Positions 1 through 9,922 of a stretch of 64,000 nt of DNA are shown piece by piece. A model generated the notes under the pieces. It was not told where the DNA came from. It did no database searches and saw only the letters and a list, made by a program, of their open reading frames with translations. The DNA comes from an uncultured Oscillospiraceae bacterium (GTDB lineage: Bacteria; Bacillota; Clostridia; UBA1212; UBA1255). Made by a program: the position numbers and the translations under genes. Each line of letters begins with the position of its first letter. Position 1 is the stretch's first letter. Location of the stretch: positions 108,404 through 172,403 of the forward strand of contig CABROF010000001.1 in NCBI GenBank assembly GCA_902472555.1, written 5' to 3'.

Positions 1-367
1 CCGTAATGTTTGTGATCGATACCAAACCCAGCAGCTTTTGATTATCGTCTACTACAGGAAGCGTTTTAATCTTGGTCTTATCCATAATGCTCCAGGCGGT
101 CTTAATCGATATATCCGGAGAAAGACGATCCACCATGTCGATATTCAGATCTCGTACCTGCGTTTTGACATTATCCAGCATCTGCGGCACCGGCACCTTA
201 AAATAATTGAGAATGAAGGCAGTCTCCTCATTCATCTCACCGAGCCTGCGCGCCTCTGCCTGATAACCGAGCTTCCGTTTCAGTTCGGCATATGCAATGG
301 CAGCGCATATAGAATCCGCATCCGGATTCCGATGACCGAAAATATAAATCGTGTCCTGTTGTTCCAT
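1..367 (-). CDS. ppaC: Manganese-dependent inorganic pyrophosphatase (family II, DHH), N-terminal part; the gene runs off the window edge
   Basis: Hand translation of the minus strand from ATG at 367 gives MEQQDTIYIFGHRNPDADSICAAIAYAELKRKLGYQAEARRLGEMNEETAFILNYF... The DHH motif and strong N-terminal similarity to Bacillus PpaC are clear. GGAGGA RBS upstream. Absent from the ORF track because there is no stop in the window. Confidence 0.7.
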   Translation of the reverse strand, partial: MEQQDTIYIFGHRNPDADSICAAIAYAELKRKLGYQAEARRLGEMNEETAFILNYFKVPVPQMLDNVKTQVRDLNIDMVDRLSPDISIKTAWSIMDKTKIKTLPVVDDNQKLLGLVSITNIT

Positions 368-441
368 GCTGTCCTCCGTTTCGTCGCGGACCTTTTGGTC
401 GGCGGCATACTTTTTTCACTCACAGTTTATTTCCATATGCG

Positions 442-1296
442 CTATTTCCCGATATCCCGGTGCTCCAGAGAGACCGTATAGCCTGCTGAGGATAACAGCC
501 GCATTGTTTCGTTTGCAATCGCCACGCTGCGGTGCTTTCCGCCCGTACAGCCGATCCCGATAACAAGAACCTCCTTTCCCTCCACAATATAAAGCGGAAG
601 CAAAAATTTCAGCAAATCAAACAATTTGTCCAGAAAGACCTTCGTCTCTTCACTATATAATACATATTCCTTAACATTGGAATCATTCCCGGTAAAATGA
701 CGCAGCTCCGGAACATAATAGGGATTTGGAATAAAACGGACGTCAAATACCAGATCGCATGCATCCGGCAGACCGTGTTTATAGCCAAAAGAAATAATGT
801 TAATCTTCATGCCGGCAGAACGCCTGTCCGCTCCAAAGATATCATTGATCTCTTTCTTGAGATCCCAGATGGAAAGCGCCGTCGTATCAATCAGATAGTC
901 TGCTTTCTCCCGCAGCTTCTCCAACCGCTGCCGTTCCTTCCGGATACCTGATGCATTATTGCCATCCGGTGCCAACGGATGCAGTCTTTTATTTTCCTTA
1001 TATCGATTGATCAGAACCCTGTCCGCACAATCCAAAAATAAAATCCGGACATGGATTCCCGTTTTCTCCATATTTTTCATGAAAAGAAATAAATCCTCAA
1101 AAAAGTCTCCCCCGCGCACATCCATGACCAGCGCCAGCTTTTCGATATTCATTTCATTCATGGTGTATAATTCACCGAATTTCGGCAGCAGCACCGTCGG
1201 AATGTTATCAATGCAAAAATATCCGATATCCTCTAAAAATTTCGTTGCCTGTGTTCTTCCCGCTCCCGACATTCCGGTTATTATCAAAAACTTCAT
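442..1296 (-). CDS. rapZ: RNase adapter protein RapZ (YvcJ, P-loop)
   Basis: 284 aa with Walker A GMSGAGRT. Whole-length resemblance to the YvcJ/RapZ family. Confidence 0.85.
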   Translation of the reverse strand: MKFLIITGMSGAGRTQATKFLEDIGYFCIDNIPTVLLPKFGELYTMNEMNIEKLALVMDVRGGDFFEDLFLFMKNMEKTGIHVRILFLDCADRVLINRYKENKRLHPLAPDGNNASGIRKERQRLEKLREKADYLIDTTALSIWDLKKEINDIFGADRRSAGMKINIISFGYKHGLPDACDLVFDVRFIPNPYYVPELRHFTGNDSNVKEYVLYSEETKVFLDKLFDLLKFLLPLYIVEGKEVLVIGIGCTGGKHRSVAIANETMRLLSSAGYTVSLEHRDIGK

Positions 1297-1311
1297 ACAC
1301 TCGCTGCCCCG

Positions 1312-2220
1312 CTAACCGATATATTTGATCTCCGGCTCCAAAAGGACGCCGGTTTGTTCAAAGACACATTTTCGTGTATATTCTATCACAGATAAGACAT
1401 CCTCACAAGAAGCGCCGCCCAAATTAATAATAAACCCGCAGTGCTTCTCCGAAATCTGCGCATCTCCGCAGCGATATCCCTTTAAGCCGCACTGTTCAAT
1501 CAGCGCCGCGGCATAATGCCCCTCGGGTCTTCGAAAAGCGCTTCCCGCACTGGGATAGGAAAGCGGCTGCTTTTCCCGTCTGAGGCAGCTCAGGCGTTTC
1601 ATTTCGCCGGAGATCTGCTTCTGCGTACCTGTCCGGAGTCTGAAAAATCCGCCGAGGATAATCCCATCGTTTTCCTGGTAAACGCTGTGCCGATATGCAA
1701 ACTGATGCGCCGCGCCGGATAACCGCTCAATTTGTCCGCTCTGCGGATTTAAGCATTCGCTTTCAAAAAGCACTTGACTGATTTCCCCGCCGTATGCACC
1801 GGCATTCATCCAAATAGCACCGCCCACTGAGCCGGGAATTCCGGAGGCAAATTCCAATCCTGTCTGCCCCTGCTTAAGTGCAAAAGAGGCGAAACTTGAC
1901 AGCAGGACGCCTGCGCCTGCATATAGGATCATGCCTTTTTCCCATTCACCGCTGATACAAAGCCGGTCAAATCCGTCTAAACAAATTGCCGCTCCCCGAA
2001 ATCCGCTGTCGGAAACCAGCAGATTACTGCCGTTTCCTAAAATAAAATACGGGATACGGCTGTTTCGGCAGATCTGCAGTACCCCGGCAAGCTGATCCGC
2101 CTCCGACGGCCTGACCAGTACATCCGCAGGACCGCCGATTTTAAAGGACGTATGGCGGCTTAACGGTTCGCCGCACAGGACCCGTTCCTTTCCCAAAAAA
2201 TCAATGAGCTCCTGGTACAT
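1312..2220 (-). CDS. murB: UDP-N-acetylenolpyruvoylglucosamine reductase MurB
   Basis: 302 aa, FAD-binding N-terminus (HTSFKIGGPADVLV..), MurB C-terminal domain. Confidence 0.9.
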   Translation of the reverse strand: MYQELIDFLGKERVLCGEPLSRHTSFKIGGPADVLVRPSEADQLAGVLQICRNSRIPYFILGNGSNLLVSDSGFRGAAICLDGFDRLCISGEWEKGMILYAGAGVLLSSFASFALKQGQTGLEFASGIPGSVGGAIWMNAGAYGGEISQVLFESECLNPQSGQIERLSGAAHQFAYRHSVYQENDGIILGGFFRLRTGTQKQISGEMKRLSCLRREKQPLSYPSAGSAFRRPEGHYAAALIEQCGLKGYRCGDAQISEKHCGFIINLGGASCEDVLSVIEYTRKCVFEQTGVLLEPEIKYIG

Positions 2221-2362
2221 GATATCACAACCCTTTCCCTTGAACGCAAAAATTCCAGATAAAACCCGCGGTTATTCACCTCCGCATTCCCCCGGCCGAT
2301 CTGTGATCCCAGCCGTATACATACATGCGCGGCTGCACATGCAGGTAAGCCGACCCGGCGCT

Positions 2363-3328
2363 TCAGCGCCAGGGACCTGTATCAGAAAAGCTTCCGCCCT
2401 TCAGCCCCGCATTTCCCTCAAATACCCGGCGGTTCAGCTCTTTCGCGGCATTATATCCCATCATTTTCTGCCTGCTGTTCATGGCGGCAACTTCAACGAT
2501 GATCGCCAGATTTCGGCCGGGACGAACGGGAATCGTAAGGGAAGGTACGCGGATTCCGAGAATATCCGTATATTGATCCTCCAGTCCAACCCGGTCATAT
2601 TCTTTCCCTTCCTCCCAATGCTCAAGAGAAATCACCAATTGGATATTCTCTGTCATTTTCACTGCGCCCACGCCGTATAACCGCCTGACGTCAAGTAATC
2701 CTATGCCGCGGATTTCAATAAAATGCCGGATAATATCAGGCGCGGCGCCCACAAGCGTTTTATTTGAGACACGCCGGATCTCTACCAGATCGTCAGCTAC
2801 CAGACGGTGACCGCGCTTCACAAGCTCCAGCGCGGTCTCGCTTTTGCCCACGCCGCTGTTGCCCGTAATCAAAACGCCTTCGCCGTAAACCTCCACCAGT
2901 CCGGCGTGCATGGTCTCCCGGGGGGCAAGCTGAACGCTCAAGAAACGGTTTAGTGCGCTATAAACTTCTGTTGTGGTTTCCTCTGCGCCAAAAACAGGAA
3001 TCTGATATTTCTCCGCAATAGAAAGCAGTTCCGGAAAAGGCTTCATTCCTCTGGCAATGATCATGCACGGAAAGCCGAAGGAGAAAATTCCCTCAAGCTT
3101 TTTTTTTCGCGTCTGCATAGACAATTCCTTTAAATAAAACATTTCCACATTTCCGAGCAGCTGAATTCTGTCGTTCGAAAATTGTTTTGAATATCCGGCC
3201 AATTCCAGTCCCGGACGGTTCAAATCCGGACACTCCACAAAAATTTCAGGAATTTTCTCCTTGCAGCACCATACCTGAAATTGAAATTCCTCCACCAGCT
3301 TTTCTAAGCAAACTTGATACGTTTCCAT
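2363..3328 (-). CDS. hprK: HPr kinase/phosphorylase
   Basis: 321 aa with the P-loop GNSGVGKSE..LVADD typical of HprK/P. Confidence 0.9.
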   Translation of the reverse strand: METYQVCLEKLVEEFQFQVWCCKEKIPEIFVECPDLNRPGLELAGYSKQFSNDRIQLLGNVEMFYLKELSMQTRKKKLEGIFSFGFPCMIIARGMKPFPELLSIAEKYQIPVFGAEETTTEVYSALNRFLSVQLAPRETMHAGLVEVYGEGVLITGNSGVGKSETALELVKRGHRLVADDLVEIRRVSNKTLVGAAPDIIRHFIEIRGIGLLDVRRLYGVGAVKMTENIQLVISLEHWEEGKEYDRVGLEDQYTDILGIRVPSLTIPVRPGRNLAIIVEVAAMNSRQKMMGYNAAKELNRRVFEGNAGLKGGSFSDTGPWR

Positions 3329-3420
3329 ATGCTTTCATCTCATATTCCGGGCTTGCAGACAGACCGGTATATGGCTCCTTTCTCTGTTTTCTTCATGATA
3401 AATAAGACGCACAGCGCCTG

Positions 3421-4164
3421 TCAGCCTCTGAATCGGTATCCAGCTCCCCACACAGTCTCGATATACTCAGGTTTCGACATATCCTTTTCTATTTTCTCTC
3501 TGAGCTTGTTGATATGTACCGTTACCGTAGAAGTCTCTCCGATAGAATCCATTCCCCAAATCCGGTCAAATAATGCATCCCTGCTGAACACTACGTTCGG
3601 GTTTGATGCCAAGAAAAACAACAGATCAAATTCCTTATTGGCCAGCGTGACCTCTTTATTATTTACAAATACACGTCTTGCCTTCAGTTCGATCCGCATA
3701 CCCCCGATCTCAATCATATCTTTTGTATCCGCAGTCTCTGATTTGGATACCAGCCGTTCGTACCGGTTGATATGGGCCGTTACCCGTGCCACAAGCTCAC
3801 TGGGGCTGAAAGGCTTCACAATATAATCGTCGGCGCCTAATCCAAGCCCCCGAATTTTATCAATATCCTCTTTTTTAGCCGTTACCAAAATAATCGGAAT
3901 ATCTTTTTCCTTTCTGACCTCCCGGCAGATCTCAAAGCCATCCATTCCGGGAAGCATGATGTCCAGTAAAATCAAATCAAAATCGCCTGTCCGCGCCTTT
4001 TGGTACCCGCTGCCCCCGTCATGCTCGATATCGGTCGCGTAGCCGTTTGCTTCCAGATAGTCTCGTTCAAGAGACGCAATATTATTGTCGTCTTCAATGA
4101 TCAGAATTTTTTTCATTTCATCTTCTCCATTCTTTGATATGCCCGCCGCCTTCAGAGGCTTCAA
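3421..4164 (-). CDS. OmpR-family response regulator (REC + winged helix)
   Basis: MKKILIIEDD..DLILLDIMLPGMDGF; C-terminal trans_reg_C domain. Overlaps the upstream kinase stop. Confidence 0.85.
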   Translation of the reverse strand: MKPLKAAGISKNGEDEMKKILIIEDDNNIASLERDYLEANGYATDIEHDGGSGYQKARTGDFDLILLDIMLPGMDGFEICREVRKEKDIPIILVTAKKEDIDKIRGLGLGADDYIVKPFSPSELVARVTAHINRYERLVSKSETADTKDMIEIGGMRIELKARRVFVNNKEVTLANKEFDLLFFLASNPNVVFSRDALFDRIWGMDSIGETSTVTVHINKLREKIEKDMSKPEYIETVWGAGYRFRG

Positions 4165-5710
4165 GGGCCGCCGGTTTTGTAATAACGTCTTCAGTCTGCA
4201 GTAAAATATGAATCGTCATCCCTTCCCCGATATTGCTTTCCGCCCAGATCCGCCCGCCATGGCTTTCTACGATCTGTTTGGCAATGGATAGTCCCAGACC
4301 GCTCCCCCCTACCGGATTAGTTCTTGCCGGATCACTTCTGTAAAAGGAATCGAAAATTTTATCTGTCAGTTCCTTCGGGACCCCTCTGCCGTCATCCTGC
4401 AGCATAATATGGGCCTCGCCGTCCTCCTCTTGCAGTGTCACGCAGAACTTCCCGATTTCATTGCATTTATATTTTGCGCTGTTATCGGCAATATTCATCA
4501 GGACCCGCGCAAACTGGTTCCGATCAAGCTGCGCATATACCGGATGTTCGCACAGATCTGTATAGGTCAGTATAACATGTTTCTTTTCCAAGTTGAATGT
4601 GATTTCTTCACAGCAGCTGGCAATATATTCCGACAGATTTGTACGCTGAAAATCAAATGGAATTTTATCCAGATCAAGCTTGGAAAATAGAAACAGCTCC
4701 TCCACCAGCGTATTCATTTCTTCGGTGGTATTATAAATTGTTTTTAAATATTTTTCCTGTTTTTCCGGCGAATCTGCGATACCATCCATTAAGCCGGACA
4801 CATATCCTTTGATGGATGTCAGCGGGGTGCTCAAATCGTGTGAAATGCCTGCGATCAGCTCTTTCCTGTCCTCTTCATATTTGCGCTGCCGCTCCATATA
4901 GGTGGAAAGCGTTCTACGCATATCTTCAAAGTTCCGGATGACATCCGTAATCTCGTCCTGCCCGTCATATTCCAGTTCAAAGTCAAGATTTCCTTCTTTG
5001 ATCATCTGTGTTGCGGCCTTCAGTTTATTCAGAGGACGCAGAATGCTGTTTGAAATGACTACAACCAACACACAGTTTACAATCACGATTACCATTGCGC
5101 CCAGTACGCTGATGGATCGAACCGCATCGCTGATGTCATCTGCCGCACCGGCCCAATACCGTCGGTTATCATTTTTAAATTCCGAGGTGCCGATCTGACG
5201 GTTTACCAGTAAAAAGGAAGCATTCCCGCCTTCCGGCTGCAGGGTGATCGTCGTTTTATAGAGAAATCCGGAAGAGTCCGAATACATCACCGTATCATCG
5301 TGGTTGAGCACCGATGCATTATATTCTGCCGCCACGGACAGGATCTCATCCGCCTGATACCCCTCCGTAATATACAGCGGTTCATTGTTCATCGTGATAT
5401 AGGTCAATGTCCGCGTCGCGTTAAGATAATCCAGAATGCGGTTATAATAGCGGTACTGCTCAATTTTGCCGTCTGTCTCTGTCACCATGTCAATGACACC
5501 GTCAAATAAAATCTGCAGCTCATATACGGAGATGCTGTCGTCGACAGGTTTTTCAATGCTCTCAATGCTGTTTGAAATATAAGTCGTCACAAATATGCGC
5601 AGGATATAAAACGCAAGGACAAAGACCAGGGCAAGCAGAATCACCATCATTATGATATTGGACATTACGATCCTTCTTCGTACCGTCATATGCAAATCTC
5701 CAATTACCAC
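4118..5710 (-). CDS. Sensor histidine kinase (TM, HAMP, HisKA, HATPase_c)
   Basis: 530 aa. H-box ISHDLSTPLTSIKGY; G-boxes near the C-terminus. Translationally coupled to the response regulator. Confidence 0.85.
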   Translation of the reverse strand: MVIGDLHMTVRRRIVMSNIIMMVILLALVFVLAFYILRIFVTTYISNSIESIEKPVDDSISVYELQILFDGVIDMVTETDGKIEQYRYYNRILDYLNATRTLTYITMNNEPLYITEGYQADEILSVAAEYNASVLNHDDTVMYSDSSGFLYKTTITLQPEGGNASFLLVNRQIGTSEFKNDNRRYWAGAADDISDAVRSISVLGAMVIVIVNCVLVVVISNSILRPLNKLKAATQMIKEGNLDFELEYDGQDEITDVIRNFEDMRRTLSTYMERQRKYEEDRKELIAGISHDLSTPLTSIKGYVSGLMDGIADSPEKQEKYLKTIYNTTEEMNTLVEELFLFSKLDLDKIPFDFQRTNLSEYIASCCEEITFNLEKKHVILTYTDLCEHPVYAQLDRNQFARVLMNIADNSAKYKCNEIGKFCVTLQEEDGEAHIMLQDDGRGVPKELTDKIFDSFYRSDPARTNPVGGSGLGLSIAKQIVESHGGRIWAESNIGEGMTIHILLQTEDVITKPAALEASEGGGHIKEWRR

Positions 5711-6354
5711 AATACAAACAAAAGAAGCAGCAGCGCCGCACCGGCAATGATCGCGCCGCCGATCTTTTTATAGATCCCCAGTTCTTCCCATTTGGGATAT
5801 TCCTCCGGCCCCTTCTTTTTCACCACGTGCCACAGTTCCTCGGCTTTCCCGATGATCAGGCCGCCGCACGCCGCAACAAATGCAACGATTACGGCTTCAT
5901 AAAACTTCAGCAGCCGTTCTTTTCCGAAGAGCATCGTAATAAACAGCTTTTGGGAAAAACGTTCATACGGCCCTTCCGAAGGCGTCTCCGACACGGTTTC
6001 ATATGTCACGGCGGCATCCTCTTTATCAGAACCTGTCACCATATATTGATAATCATAGGGCGCCTCAATATATCCGTTTTCCGTCTCCGGAGAAGGAATC
6101 CGTTTTCGAATTTTGATTGTAAACACCCCGTCGGAAGAATGAGAAACGGTGCCTTCCATTACCTCGCTGCCTACAAAATAAAATTCATACTCCTTCACCA
6201 CATCATCTGTTTTGATATGAATAAAACGCACCTGGTCCACAACGCCGTTTTCATTCAGACTGCTTGCAAGCATCAGAAACGCCAGTAGGCTTACGCACAG
6301 CAGGCATACCATTAGAATCGCGATATTCCGTCCTTTGTTCATTGTTCCCTCCAT
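5704..6354 (-). CDS. Hypothetical membrane protein co-transcribed with the two-component system
   Basis: 216 aa: N-terminal signal anchor, soluble domain, two C-terminal TM helices. Stop overlaps the kinase start. No recognisable family. Confidence 0.45.
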   Translation of the reverse strand: MEGTMNKGRNIAILMVCLLCVSLLAFLMLASSLNENGVVDQVRFIHIKTDDVVKEYEFYFVGSEVMEGTVSHSSDGVFTIKIRKRIPSPETENGYIEAPYDYQYMVTGSDKEDAAVTYETVSETPSEGPYERFSQKLFITMLFGKERLLKFYEAVIVAFVAACGGLIIGKAEELWHVVKKKGPEEYPKWEELGIYKKIGGAIIAGAALLLLLFVLW

Positions 6355-6392
6355 TTTTCCGCCGCGGCAGCGCCGCCGGCGATATCAGCATC

Positions 6393-7634
6393 TTAGATCG
6401 GATCCTTTAAGGCCGTGTACAGTGCCTGAGCGGTCTCTGGACTGTCCTCACCCGTCCGATTCTTCACCGGTGCAAACTCTTCCTCCCGTACCACACGAAG
6501 AAGAGCCATATCGTCAAAATATCCGAAGGCATCAAAAATAAACGCCTCAAATTTATAAGCCGTATGCGTACCGCCGTGCGCTCCGCCGTTCTCCGGCATC
6601 ACAGAAATTGTTTGTTTCCTTGCCGCATGATAGGGCAGCCCCTTTTCGCCCATCATATCAAACACGCTGATATGGAACAGATTGCACAGAATATGCGCAT
6701 CGCCGTAAATAAATCGTCCCGCCGCATCCCGCCACTCCGTCATCTCAGATGAAATTTCCGTATATTCCACAACACAGGGCTTTCCGGCTCTCCGGCAGAA
6801 CACGCCGACCTTTTCAGCCGCATCCCGCTTCAACAAAGATTTTCCGCCGAGCAGGCAGCCGCTTTCTTTCACATAGCCGACAAAGAACGGATCGCACAGC
6901 CGCGTCAGCACGTTATCGATGCCGCCCACAAAAATCCATTGGATCCCCCGCTGTTTCATGTCGTCCAGTACGCCGGACAGCCGCATTGCCCGGAAGATCC
7001 CGCCGTGACCATCAGCGCCCTCTTTGATTTTTCCCGGCTTTTCCAATACGATCCGTCCGTCCGTATGTACCATAGGCAGCATACATTGTGTAAAAAAGGT
7101 GATCGCGTTCTTATCATAGCCGAAATACCGGTTTACTTCAAAAAACTGCTTGGTCTCATGGTCATTCTCCCTGCTGGTCATAATATACCACGGAATCGCA
7201 CGGCCGCACGCCCTGCTCTGCTTTTTCAAACGTTCGCACTGAATCTGAAACAGGGACCAGTGCGACGGAAGTCCGATATCAAAGGTTCCTTTCGGTCCAT
7301 CATATCCCAGGCGCGTTCCCTGCCCGCCTGCCATTGTAACAGCCGCAAAACCGCCGCTTTCCATGATCTTTTGTCCTGTTTTTTCGTAATGTTTTATAGA
7401 TTGACCGGAAAGCATACTTTTTTCTATACATGAAATCGGCGTAATTTCGCCGGTTTCCGGCAGTCTCCCTTCCGCCACCTTCCGATACAGTGCCTGTACC
7501 AGCGCAAAGTCGATTCCATGGATCTGCCGCAGGAGCGCCTGCTTGTCTTCTTCACCGAGTGTGGAGTAAAATGCCAGCAAATGCTCCTGTCCATAGGCCT
7601 TTGTCAATGCCAATGCTTTTTCATAATCATTCAT
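6393..7634 (-). CDS. UDP-N-acetylglucosamine/UDP-sugar pyrophosphorylase, eukaryotic UAP1/UDPGP type
   Basis: 413 aa. Motif MAGGQGTRLGYDGPKGTFDIGLPS closely matches the UAP1/AGX1 nucleotide-binding loop (LAGGQGTRLG..PKG..D.GLPS). Confidence 0.75.
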   Translation of the reverse strand: MNDYEKALALTKAYGQEHLLAFYSTLGEEDKQALLRQIHGIDFALVQALYRKVAEGRLPETGEITPISCIEKSMLSGQSIKHYEKTGQKIMESGGFAAVTMAGGQGTRLGYDGPKGTFDIGLPSHWSLFQIQCERLKKQSRACGRAIPWYIMTSRENDHETKQFFEVNRYFGYDKNAITFFTQCMLPMVHTDGRIVLEKPGKIKEGADGHGGIFRAMRLSGVLDDMKQRGIQWIFVGGIDNVLTRLCDPFFVGYVKESGCLLGGKSLLKRDAAEKVGVFCRRAGKPCVVEYTEISSEMTEWRDAAGRFIYGDAHILCNLFHISVFDMMGEKGLPYHAARKQTISVMPENGGAHGGTHTAYKFEAFIFDAFGYFDDMALLRVVREEEFAPVKNRTGEDSPETAQALYTALKDPI

Positions 7635-7903
7635 GATTTGATAAACTCTGATCCTTTCGCATTTTTATATCTAACAGCCAAAGTTTCCTTACGCTGCATT
7701 TCTTCCCCAGTTTACGCTGAGGCGGACTTCGGTTTTGCCGAAATTCCGGTATTCAAGGGTCGGAAAGAACAAAATCCCGCGTGTAAAATTAGTTTTTCAC
7801 GCTGCTGTCTTATTTTATACCGAAATGCTCCGCACCGCAACGGTAACTTCACACCCCGCCCGCAGGCGCATAATAAGGAAAAAGGCAGACAAGAGAAATC
7901 TTC

Positions 7904-7931
7904 TTGACAATCGGCAATGCGGGACTATAAT
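7904..7931 (+). promoter_or_regulatory. Sigma-A-type promoter (TTGACA-16 nt-TATAAT) driving the metal-binding lipoprotein
   Basis: Perfect -35 and -10 hexamers separated by 16 nt, about 65 nt upstream of the GTG start. Read directly from the sequence. Confidence 0.45.
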
Positions 7932-7994
7932 GAATTCTGCAGTATTAAATCCATTTTGCTTAAGTCTTTGCGGAGGCGGGGCACAGGAGGTAGC

Positions 7995-8948
7995 GTGAAG
8001 CATTATTTAATCCGTATAACTGCGTTTTTTACAGCAATCTTGTTATCCTTAAGCGTTTTATTCTCCGGATGTTCGTCCGGCAGACAAAAAAATGATAAAT
8101 TATCCATTGTCGCCACTCTTTTTCCGCAGTATGATTTTGTGCGCCAAGTTGCCGGCGGTCTGGCGGACGTACAGCTTCTGCTGACGCCCGGTACGGAAAG
8201 TCATATGTATGCACCGACGACAAAAGATATCATGACAATACACGGCGCGGATCTGTTTATTTATACAGGAGATGACATGGAACCCTGGGCGGCCCAGATT
8301 GTACAGGGGCTTCCGGATACTGTAACCGTGCTGGATGTATCAAAGGCCGTAACATTAATAGAAGCTTCTCACGAGGCGGATTCTCACGGAGAGGAAGAAT
8401 CAGAAACGCATACGCATAAAGCAGACCCGCATATTTGGCTGGATCCCGTCAACAGTATGGCCATAACACAGGCAATCGCAGAGGCTATAGCCGCAAAGGA
8501 TCCCGCAAACACGGCGCAATATCAGGAAAATGCGGCGAATTACAAAAAATCTCTTGAAAAATTGGATCAGGATTTTATCGATTTGTTTGCACAGGCGGAG
8601 AACCCCACACTGGTATTTGGAGGCCGCTTTGCCTATATTTATTTTCTGCAGCATTACGGGGTTCATTATGTTACCGCTTATACCTCCTGCTCCTCCGAAG
8701 CCGAGCCCAGTGTAAAAGCAGTTGCAGATGTGATTGCATATGTAAAAGCGCATCAGATTCCCGTCATTTTTCACGAGGAACTGACAACGCCTACCATCGC
8801 GGCTACGATTGCAAATGAAACAGGTGCTCAATTAAAAGTATTCAGCACCTGCCATAATGTAACAAAGGATGAATTGGAATCCGGAATCACCTATATCGAT
8901 ATCATGTATCAGAATATGGAGCATATCAAAACCGCAGTTCTATTTTAA
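7995..8948 (+). CDS. Metal (Zn/Mn) ABC-transporter substrate-binding lipoprotein, ZnuA/TroA family; orphan
   Basis: GTG start preceded by AGGAGG. Lipobox LFSGC. His/acidic-rich loop HEADSHGEEESETHTHKADPH, typical of ZnuA. No permease or ATPase gene adjacent. Confidence 0.8.
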   Translation: MKHYLIRITAFFTAILLSLSVLFSGCSSGRQKNDKLSIVATLFPQYDFVRQVAGGLADVQLLLTPGTESHMYAPTTKDIMTIHGADLFIYTGDDMEPWAAQIVQGLPDTVTVLDVSKAVTLIEASHEADSHGEEESETHTHKADPHIWLDPVNSMAITQAIAEAIAAKDPANTAQYQENAANYKKSLEKLDQDFIDLFAQAENPTLVFGGRFAYIYFLQHYGVHYVTAYTSCSSEAEPSVKAVADVIAYVKAHQIPVIFHEELTTPTIAATIANETGAQLKVFSTCHNVTKDELESGITYIDIMYQNMEHIKTAVLF

Positions 8949-9419
8949 AGAATTGCGGTTGGTTTGAACCTCCTGGATTTTTGATCCAAGATAATTTTCA
9001 AATTCCTCAAGAAGGCTGTCCACATATTCTCTGGCGCCGATTCGCATATCCCTGGCCTTTTTCTGTGCCTCATCAATAATATCCCTACCCTGCTGCGTTG
9101 CCAGCTGCGTGATTTGGTGATTATCAACCAGCTCCATACGTTTGTTTTCCGCTTCTTTAATAATGATTTCCGCATCCTCACATGCGCTGGCCTTAATATT
9201 GCCGGCCTCTTGACGCGCATTCTCAAGAATCGTTTTCCGTTCGTCAACAACGCGGCGGGCACGCTTGATTTCTTCAGGCAGTGTATTCCTTAGCTCATTT
9301 ACAATGTCAAGCAGTTCGTCCCGGTCCACAGATACCCTACTCCCGACCAAAGACTTTTTCCCGTTATTTACTAATTCTTCCAATACATCCAACAAATCAA
9401 TATATTCCATCTCCTGCAC
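8940..9419 (-). CDS. Hypothetical coiled-coil protein
   Basis: 159 aa, highly charged alpha-helical/coiled-coil composition, downstream of coaD. Not assigned to a family. Confidence 0.4.
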   Translation of the reverse strand: MQEMEYIDLLDVLEELVNNGKKSLVGSRVSVDRDELLDIVNELRNTLPEEIKRARRVVDERKTILENARQEAGNIKASACEDAEIIIKEAENKRMELVDNHQITQLATQQGRDIIDEAQKKARDMRIGAREYVDSLLEEFENYLGSKIQEVQTNRNSLK

Positions 9420-9423
9420 CCTT

Positions 9424-9912
9424 TCAATTCTGCGACATTTTCAAAATAATATCCTGTATGATTTCATCCGGCACCAATCCGGTAATATCTCCGCCGTTGC
9501 GCGCTACATCCTTCACGATGCTGGAGCTTAAAAAGGAGTTCTGTATATCCGCCATCAGAAAAATGGTCTCAATACTGCTGTCTATATGTTTATTCAGCAT
9601 CGCCATCTGTAATTCATATTCGTAGTCTGATACCGCGCGCAGTCCTTTTACAATCGCAGCCGCATGATTTTCTTTCACAAAATCCACCAGCAGTCCGCTG
9701 AACATTTTGACCTCAACATTTTTCATATCCCCGGTACACTTTCGGATCAGCGCTACGCGTTCCTCCATCGTAAATACCGGCCGCTTCGCCCCATTGTGCA
9801 GTACGCCTACAATCAGTTTGTCAAATAGTTTGGACGCACGCCGGATAATGTCCAGATGTCCGTTTGTCAGCGGGTCAAAGCTGCCCGGATATACGCCTAT
9901 TCTCGTCGCCAT
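9424..9912 (-). CDS. coaD: Phosphopantetheine adenylyltransferase
   Basis: 162 aa, [18 protein letters not shown] motif. Confidence 0.9.
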   Translation of the reverse strand: MATRIGVYPGSFDPLTNGHLDIIRRASKLFDKLIVGVLHNGAKRPVFTMEERVALIRKCTGDMKNVEVKMFSGLLVDFVKENHAAAIVKGLRAVSDYEYELQMAMLNKHIDSSIETIFLMADIQNSFLSSSIVKDVARNGGDITGLVPDEIIQDIILKMSQN

Positions 9913-9922
9913 GTTTTGTGCC

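Noticed and set aside
38-481. 147-aa plus-strand ORF at the window start
   Set aside because: It lies antisense to the clearly recognisable ppaC N-terminus (DHH family) and to the rapZ 3' end. Its composition is non-protein-like and it has no RBS.
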